Origin: Acidobacteriota bacterium
GTDB lineage: Bacteria; Acidobacteriota; CAIWXX01
Length of the DNA stretch: 64,000 nucleotides
Direction of reading: 5' to 3'
Assembly: GCA_040755995.1 (NCBI GenBank)
Contig: JBFMAF010000012.1
Coordinates: forward strand, 18,500-82,499
Both the position numbers and the translations under genes were made by a program. This document shows positions 58,505 to 64,000 of the stretch, piece by piece (position 1 is the stretch's first letter; every line of letters starts with the position of its first letter). The notes under the pieces are model-generated. The model was not told the DNA's origin. It did not search any database and was given only the letters and a program-made list of their open reading frames with translations.

Positions 58505-58575
58505 TGCTCTGAACCGGCCGCTGCGGCTGCGCTGAGGTGCAGGCCGAGAAGAGGTGCGCCGGCGCAGCCGCTCAC
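58505..58575. repeat. attC-like/REP-like hairpin at a gene truncation point
   Basis: GCGGCTGCGC ... GCGCAGCCGC inverted repeat preceded by TCTGAAC. Confidence 0.45.
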
Positions 58576-58967
58576 TTCGCGACAGGGTGATCCGAGACTG
58601 GCTGGAAGCGATTACCTTCTACGATTGCAGGACGGTGGGGGTCGACATCGATCCCCGCCCGGGCGGCCGTTACCACGTCGTTCTGCGCTACGAGGTACGC
58701 AAGTACCGGGCGGATGCGCAGGGGCGGGAGAACGAGGTCGCCATCGATGATCTCATCGAATTCGGGCTCTTCGCCGCGGACGGCCGGCCTCTCGCAATGG
58801 AGAGACGGTGCGTGCGATCCGCCTACGGCACCTGGGAGTGCATCGTCGCGGAAAAGCCCGCTCGCGCCGGAATCGATCCACGTCTCTATCTGGTCGACAA
58901 GAACATCGATGATAACGTGTGGGTGCTGGAGCAGGCTGATTCAGACGGCCCATCCTGGATGGATTGA
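58576..58967 (+). pseudogene. C-terminal fragment of an ABC-permease/M1-aminopeptidase fusion protein
   Basis: I-x-DW-x-E-x-ITFYD, KYRAD-x-G-x-E-x-DD-x-IE-x-G, KP-x-AGIDP-x-L-x-D-x-DDN; no start or RBS. Confidence 0.7.
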
Positions 58968-59162
58968 GTCCGTGCGTCATGACCGCTCCAATTCGCGAGC
59001 TTGACTTCCAGAGGGCGCAGAAGGAGGATCTCTCCTGTGGGGGATGCGTTGAGAAGCGGCCCCGAGAAGGGCACTGCACACTGCCTTGGACTTCTCAGCG
59101 CCTCTTGAGCTCACGATGCAGCAACGGAATCTGACGGTCGGAATCCAAACAGGGGGGCTGCC

Positions 59163-60167
59163 GTGAAGAGAAGGGAACTCGTGGTGGGGCTGGCTTCGCT
59201 CGGGGCAGGCGCTGTGCTGGGACGCCCGGCTATGGGGATTCCGCAGGACGGAAGCGGCGCTTCGACTCGAGATTCGCACCTGACCGGATCATCTTCTGTG
59301 GTGGTGCAGGTGCTGGGCACAGCCCAGGATGGGGGCTTCCCGCATGCCGGCTGCTACTGCTCGAACTGCACCCGCGCTAGGAACGACCCTCGGTCTGCGC
59401 GACGAGTCGCCTCACTCGGCCTCTACGACCTCGCCGAACAGAGGGCGTTCATGGTCGATGCGACGCCGGATTTCCGCCCGCAACTGGACCTGCTGCATGC
59501 CGGGCTGGAATCGAAGGCGGCGGACTCTAGAGCCGTTCCGGACGGCATCCTGCTCAGCCATGCGCACATCGGTCACTACACGGGCCTCATCTTCCTGGGC
59601 TTTGAATCGCTGGATGCGCGCGGTGTGCCGACCTTCTGCTCGGAGAAGATGAGGGCGTTCCTGGCCGGAAACCATCCATGGCGTTTCATGGTCGACCGGG
59701 GGAACCTCGACCTGCGCACAGTACAAGCGGGCGACGTCGTACCGCTCACACCTCGGCTGCGTGTGAAGCCTTTCACCGTCCCTCACCGCGACGAACTCTC
59801 GGATACCCTGGGATTCATCGTATCCGGGCCGCAGCGAACGCTTCTCTACATCCCCGACATCCGGAACTGGGACTCCTGGAAGGACGCCTTCCCGGAATTC
59901 GTCTCCCAGGCGGACATCGCTCTGCTCGACGGCACCTTCTTCGGGCCGAACGAGCTCCCCGTGCGCGACATGTCATCCATCGGTCATCCACTGATCGAGG
60001 ACAGCATGAGGATCCTGCACGGAGTCGCCGAGAAGGGAAAGACGAGGATCGCGTTCACGCATCTGAACCACAGCAACCTCGCCCTCGATCCGGATAGCCC
60101 CGAACGCTGCGCCATCTATGCTGCTGGATTCGCCTTGGCGGAGGAAAGGGAGGAGCTCTACTTGTAG
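59163..60167 (+). CDS. PqqB-like metallo-beta-lactamase-fold hydrolase with Tat signal
   Basis: KRRELV Tat motif; LGTAQDGGFPH-x-GC-x-C-x-x-C, DATPD, HAHIGH, VPHRDE, YIPDI, DGTF, THLNHSN. Confidence 0.9.
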   Translation: MKRRELVVGLASLGAGAVLGRPAMGIPQDGSGASTRDSHLTGSSSVVVQVLGTAQDGGFPHAGCYCSNCTRARNDPRSARRVASLGLYDLAEQRAFMVDATPDFRPQLDLLHAGLESKAADSRAVPDGILLSHAHIGHYTGLIFLGFESLDARGVPTFCSEKMRAFLAGNHPWRFMVDRGNLDLRTVQAGDVVPLTPRLRVKPFTVPHRDELSDTLGFIVSGPQRTLLYIPDIRNWDSWKDAFPEFVSQADIALLDGTFFGPNELPVRDMSSIGHPLIEDSMRILHGVAEKGKTRIAFTHLNHSNLALDPDSPERCAIYAAGFALAEEREELYL

Positions 60168-60601
60168 TAGTCGGGAAGCAGGGAGCGCGAGGCTCGCGTC
60201 TTAGTCTCCGTGGATGCCGCTCGGGGCCCGGTCCCTGGGCAGCTCTGCGGATGCCCGATTCTCCAGAGCAGCGATGCCAGTTGCTCGCCGTCGACGTGCT
60301 CAATCGAAAGACCAGCAGGAGACACATCGAAGCGACACCAAAGGCGATGCCAGAGCGTTGTCCCAGTCGCTTGACGAGCTGATCCAGAAGGCAGAGATCT
60401 CCATCTTCAGCGCGCCGTGGCCGAATCACGTTCAGATGCGTCTATGGAACATGGGCGGAGTCGCGCGACCTCGGGTACTCGAATTCGATAGCACCGACCC
60501 GCTGCTGTCCGAACCGTCTACCTCGGAACCACAGGACAAAGGCAGGGTGTGACGCGGGTGTTGTCAAGTTCTGACTGGAACTCCTCGAGGAAAACAGGGT
60601 C

Positions 60602-60838
60602 GTGCTGTTGTCGCGGGAACATCTCGTCCTGGTCGGAGTGGCCAACCTGCTGGCCTGGCCGATTGCCCTTGTCGCGGCCCGGCACTGGATGGCAAGCTTC
60701 GCCTTCAGGGCTGGGATCAACCCGCTGAGCTTCGTCCTCGCAGCCGTTCTGGCCGCCGGCGCGGCGTCGGTGGCGTTGGGCTACCACGCCGTCCGGACGG
60801 CCCTGGCCAACCCAGTCGAGGCTCTGAGGTACGAGTAG
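60602..60838 (+). pseudogene. C-terminal fragment of a MacB-type ABC permease
   Basis: VANLLAWPIA...W...FAFR...A-x-ANPVEALRYE, homologous to the end of 55783-58176. Confidence 0.8.
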
Positions 60839-60998
60839 TCGAGCTGCAGACTCTCCCGGGGCCTCCTCCGACCTATGGCCTTCCGCTCGACGCGGTGGTC
60901 TGTGTACAGAACACCATCGGAGGACATTCCTGATTCGTCCGTGTAGTTTTGTGGTGCATGGGGCAACTAACTTGGTGTACGTATGAAGACAGCAGGCA

Positions 60999-61110
60999 AT
61001 GGCTGAGACGAAGCAGCGGCAGAGTGAATTCATGGCGGAAGTCAACGCGGCGCAGGGAGTTCTCTACAGGATCTGCTCGGTCTGCGCGGCGGACCCGCCA
61101 CGGCAGACTG
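60999..61110 (+). pseudogene. N-terminal fragment of an ECF sigma factor
   Basis: MAETKQRQSEFMAEVNAAQGVLYRICSV resembles ECF region 2.1; similarity ends after ~35 codons. Confidence 0.5.
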
Positions 61111-61199
61111 AGCGCCGCGCATCCCGAGCCTGAGGGCGGAGGATCGCGGTCAGGAATCGTCTTGCTCTGGTTCGGTCAGAGAGCCTTTGGGGGCCTGGT

Positions 61200-61530
61200 C
61201 AGGTACGGCACCGCGATGGACGCGGCGCAACGTGCGATGCTCGCCGATCTCTCCTTCTCGAACGTCAAGGGCGTGCCCTCACAGCTCGGTACGGAGGAGC
61301 AGATTCTTGTGGCCGACCTGACACCACCCTACTACGTCGGCGAGATCCAGGACAAGATCTGCATGGGTCTGGTAGGCATGGACAACGACGTCATGCCGGC
61401 CATCATCCGCGACTGCATCAACCTCTTCGTGAAGGTGGGCTCGCCGGTGGCCATGGCCTTCGGGCAGGTGGAACTGGGGGCGGCGATCCAGACGGCGGGC
61501 GAGCTCATCGACGGCATGCTCGCATGGCGT
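61200..61530 (+). pseudogene. internal fragment of an unknown protein
   Basis: GC3-biased coding-like stretch (MLADLSFSNVKG...ELIDGMLA) with no credible start or end. Confidence 0.4.
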
Positions 61531-61613
61531 TTTCGAGCACGTCGATCGCGGCCCCGAACTGCCGCCAGATCATCGCCTTCCGGGCGGAGTTTCGTCGGGC
61601 AACGTGCCGCAGT

Positions 61614-63230
61614 TCATTTCTGTTCGGTCAAGCGTTCCAGGAGGTTCTTCACCTCCGGGAAGTCGGGCTTGAGCTCCAGGGCTTTCCGAAAAGCCGCTAC
61701 GGCCTCATCCGTCCTGTCCAGGACGAGACAGGCTTCTCCCAGACCGACGTAGGCGTCGGCCGATCCGGGATTCAGCTCCACGTTCAGCCGGAAGAGGTCC
61801 AGTGCTTCGGCCTCCCGGCCCCACCACAACAGGAAGTGGTAACCAAGCCAGTTGAGCTCGGCCTCATCCAGGACCTTGGCGGTGGGATCGGCAGACTTGA
61901 TCCGGTCGATTACCGGCCTGGCCTCGGCCAGCCCCTTCTCGGTGATCATGTGGATCAGCAGCCTGGGTGAGGCGGCGGGAGGCGCGCCCTTCTTGTATTC
62001 GACTGAATGCAGATCCCGATCGGCGCCCGACGCGGCTGCGCGCAGTCTGTCCGCCGCCGCGGGGACTTGCTTGAGAACGGCGTCGAAGAAATCACCTGCG
62101 AGCCGGCACATCGCATCGTGCAGCACCTCTACGCTGTCTGCAATCGGCCCCCAATAGCCCGGAACAGCCCTCCTGATCCCGAACTTCGCGTACGACGAGA
62201 ACTGGCCGTGACAATCGGTCGGCACGGATATGATCCAGCTGTCGCCGAACCTCTTCCGATCACTCAAGAAGCTGAGGCTCTTGTCCTCCCGGCCGGCATC
62301 CACGAACCGCGCCTGGGTCATGTGCATCCAGGGAATCCTGAAGCGGTCCACGCGGTAATCGGGATGATTGTCAGGTAGTCCCAACTCATTTGGGAAGAGA
62401 ATTCCGGCATCAAGGGAGAGAAAGGCGTCGACGTCGGTGTTTCGCATGGCCAGGATGAGTCCGGCCATTCCCCCGAGGTCATAGCCGATGATCCCCAGTT
62501 GGTGCGGATCGGCATCCGGTCGGGAATGGACCGTTGAGAGGACGTATTCGATGTCACGGACTTCGGTCTCCAGGTCCTCGACATTGCGGTTCACCAGGCG
62601 GTACTGCGTTCCGAGAAGTGGGCAGGTGGCCACGACATACCCGCGGCTGGCCAGGTATTCGCACAGGTATACCTGGGAAAGCGGCGACTCATAGTAGAGC
62701 CCCTGCCCGATCAGGAGAAGGGGAAACGGTCCTTGGGCCGCTTCCGCCCCGTTGATGGATCGCAGAGGCCTCCTCAACAGCGCGCTCAATTGCACCTCGT
62801 CCAGTCCCTTGACCAGCTGAACAGGGAGTCGATTGTCGGTCCCTCTCGAAGCGTCGCGGCCTCCAGACAGACGGAAGTCGTCGCCCGCCATCCGGACGAA
62901 ATCGCCCACAGTCTGCAGTGGCCACCCATTTGAGAGCGCGGGATACCAGGTGTAGATCCTCATGGGTCTCCCCCTGAATCCGGGGCCCTCGGCGGATGGG
63001 AACGACCGGGATGAATCGACCGATTTCAGAAGCGCAAACCCCACCGGATGCGGGCCGTATTCCAACGTGGCTGCGGTGCCGGCCGGAGTGGCGGAGGAGG
63101 CTGGCGCGGTCGAGACCGCGGACTGCCCGGATTTCGGGTCGCTCTTCTCCTCCTCTGCCCACCCGAGCCCTGAGATGATTGGCAGTAGCAGAGATGCCGC
63201 AACGTGCGCCGTTCTCTTCGTCGTTGACAT
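61614..63230 (-). CDS. secreted alpha/beta-hydrolase with C-terminal TPR
   Basis: signal peptide; GPHPVG, WYPA, GPFPLLL, LASRGYVVA, elbow IIGYDLGG, SLDA; TPR LNWLGY...NVELNP-x-S-x-AY-x-LGEA; GAGGAGG RBS. Confidence 0.85.
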   Translation of the reverse strand: MSTTKRTAHVAASLLLPIISGLGWAEEEKSDPKSGQSAVSTAPASSATPAGTAATLEYGPHPVGFALLKSVDSSRSFPSAEGPGFRGRPMRIYTWYPALSNGWPLQTVGDFVRMAGDDFRLSGGRDASRGTDNRLPVQLVKGLDEVQLSALLRRPLRSINGAEAAQGPFPLLLIGQGLYYESPLSQVYLCEYLASRGYVVATCPLLGTQYRLVNRNVEDLETEVRDIEYVLSTVHSRPDADPHQLGIIGYDLGGMAGLILAMRNTDVDAFLSLDAGILFPNELGLPDNHPDYRVDRFRIPWMHMTQARFVDAGREDKSLSFLSDRKRFGDSWIISVPTDCHGQFSSYAKFGIRRAVPGYWGPIADSVEVLHDAMCRLAGDFFDAVLKQVPAAADRLRAAASGADRDLHSVEYKKGAPPAASPRLLIHMITEKGLAEARPVIDRIKSADPTAKVLDEAELNWLGYHFLLWWGREAEALDLFRLNVELNPGSADAYVGLGEACLVLDRTDEAVAAFRKALELKPDFPEVKNLLERLTEQK

Positions 63231-63265
63231 GTTGGCAACCTCCTCATGGGACGTTACAACAGGAT

Positions 63266-63291
63266 ACGGAAGGCGAGCCGCCGGGTTTCCC
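63266..63291 (-). promoter_or_regulatory. ECF-type promoter upstream of the hydrolase
   Basis: minus strand GGAAAC, 16 nt, CGTA, like SigW-type consensus. Confidence 0.5.
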
Positions 63292-63473
63292 AGGATCGAT
63301 TCAGTCCGCGCCTCACGACGCCTCCGAGCGGTCGTCTCGACGGCTCTGTCGATTGCCCGCCAGAAGGAGCGGGGCACGATGGAGCAGCTGCGGGTGGCCC
63401 CGCTGGGGGCCGGCCAGCGGCTCCTCGGCAAGACCCTCCCGTATCTCGGGGTCTCGGCCCTGGCTGACCCGCA

Positions 63474-64000
63474 TCATTTCTTCTTCAAGGCCGCCGAGGC
63501 ATCCAACGAGCCTTCTTCCAGGTATCGTGACCAGGTGAGGTACGAGGGTCCCGTCTGACTCGGGCGCACCCTCGTCACGACAATAGTGGCGAGGTTTGGG
63601 GGTCCCGAAGTCGGCTTCTCCAGGAATATCGCCTGGCAGTCGTTTCCCGATAGCAACGTCCACGTAACCTTGCGGGATATATTGAAGTATTGTACCTGAT
63701 AGGTGTTCTTCGTGGCGCTGGCGACCCGTTTCAACGGATACGACTCGATGCTCCCGCCCGGTTGGTAAACCGTGCCGGTCCATGCCCCGGTGAGCCAGGC
63801 CAGGTCCTTCTTCAGATTGGTTGTGTTGAACCAGACCTGGTTTGCGCCGCCGGCAAATGCCGCAATCACGATATCCATGTCGCCGTCCCCATCGATGTCG
63901 CCGAAGGAGCAGTAGGGAAAGTCAATCGGGGGGTCCGGTCGAATCCGGACGCCTTGGTCGACAAACGTCCCCTTCCCATCATTGAGCCAGACCTGGATCG
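63474..64000 (-). CDS. FG-GAP/VCBS repeat protein, C-terminal part (runs off the window)
   Basis: VWLNDGKGTF, FGDIDGDGDMDIVIA, QVWFN. Confidence 0.85.
   Translation of the reverse strand, partial: IQVWLNDGKGTFVDQGVRIRPDPPIDFPYCSFGDIDGDGDMDIVIAAFAGGANQVWFNTTNLKKDLAWLTGAWTGTVYQPGGSIESYPLKRVASATKNTYQVQYFNISRKVTWTLLSGNDCQAIFLEKPTSGPPNLATIVVTRVRPSQTGPSYLTWSRYLEEGSLDASAALKKK

Noticed and set aside
60214..60552. 112-aa ORF as a real gene
   Set aside because: No RBS or recognisable motif; may be another fragment but unsupported.

Overview
GC-rich bacterial chromosomal window; the kinase-TPR genes, MacB-type permeases and BACON/IPT protein would fit an Acidobacteriota-like host (inference). Bases 1-42 kb are intact and gene-dense: two Ser/Thr kinases, an ABC exporter, 5'-nucleotidase, a secreted lipase pair, glnA, a TIGR02757 protein, an anion permease, a beta-helix surface protein, a six-gene Wzx/Wzy polysaccharide locus with a Thr-type sulfatase-like enzyme, TonB, ferritin and an RND pump. 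From 42 kb to the end is an accessory, decaying region. It holds an ECF sigma / anti-sigma / tandem-STN cassette bracketed by an ~80-bp structured direct repeat, and two remnants of an atypical mobile element whose protein has a Rep-like KMYDK...RIE motif, a C-terminal winged helix and a terminal hairpin. It also holds a four-helix-bundle gene, several degenerate attC-like hairpins and many truncated gene fragments. Best candidates for undescribed systems: the Rep-like tyrosine elements (44.8-47.0 kb), the receptor-less STN signalling cassette with its flanking repeats (42.6-44.8 kb), and a probably autoregulated two-gene TA-like module (9.0-10.1 kb). No rRNA, tRNA, CRISPR array or integron integrase was seen. 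All family calls come from motif recognition by eye; no database search was run.
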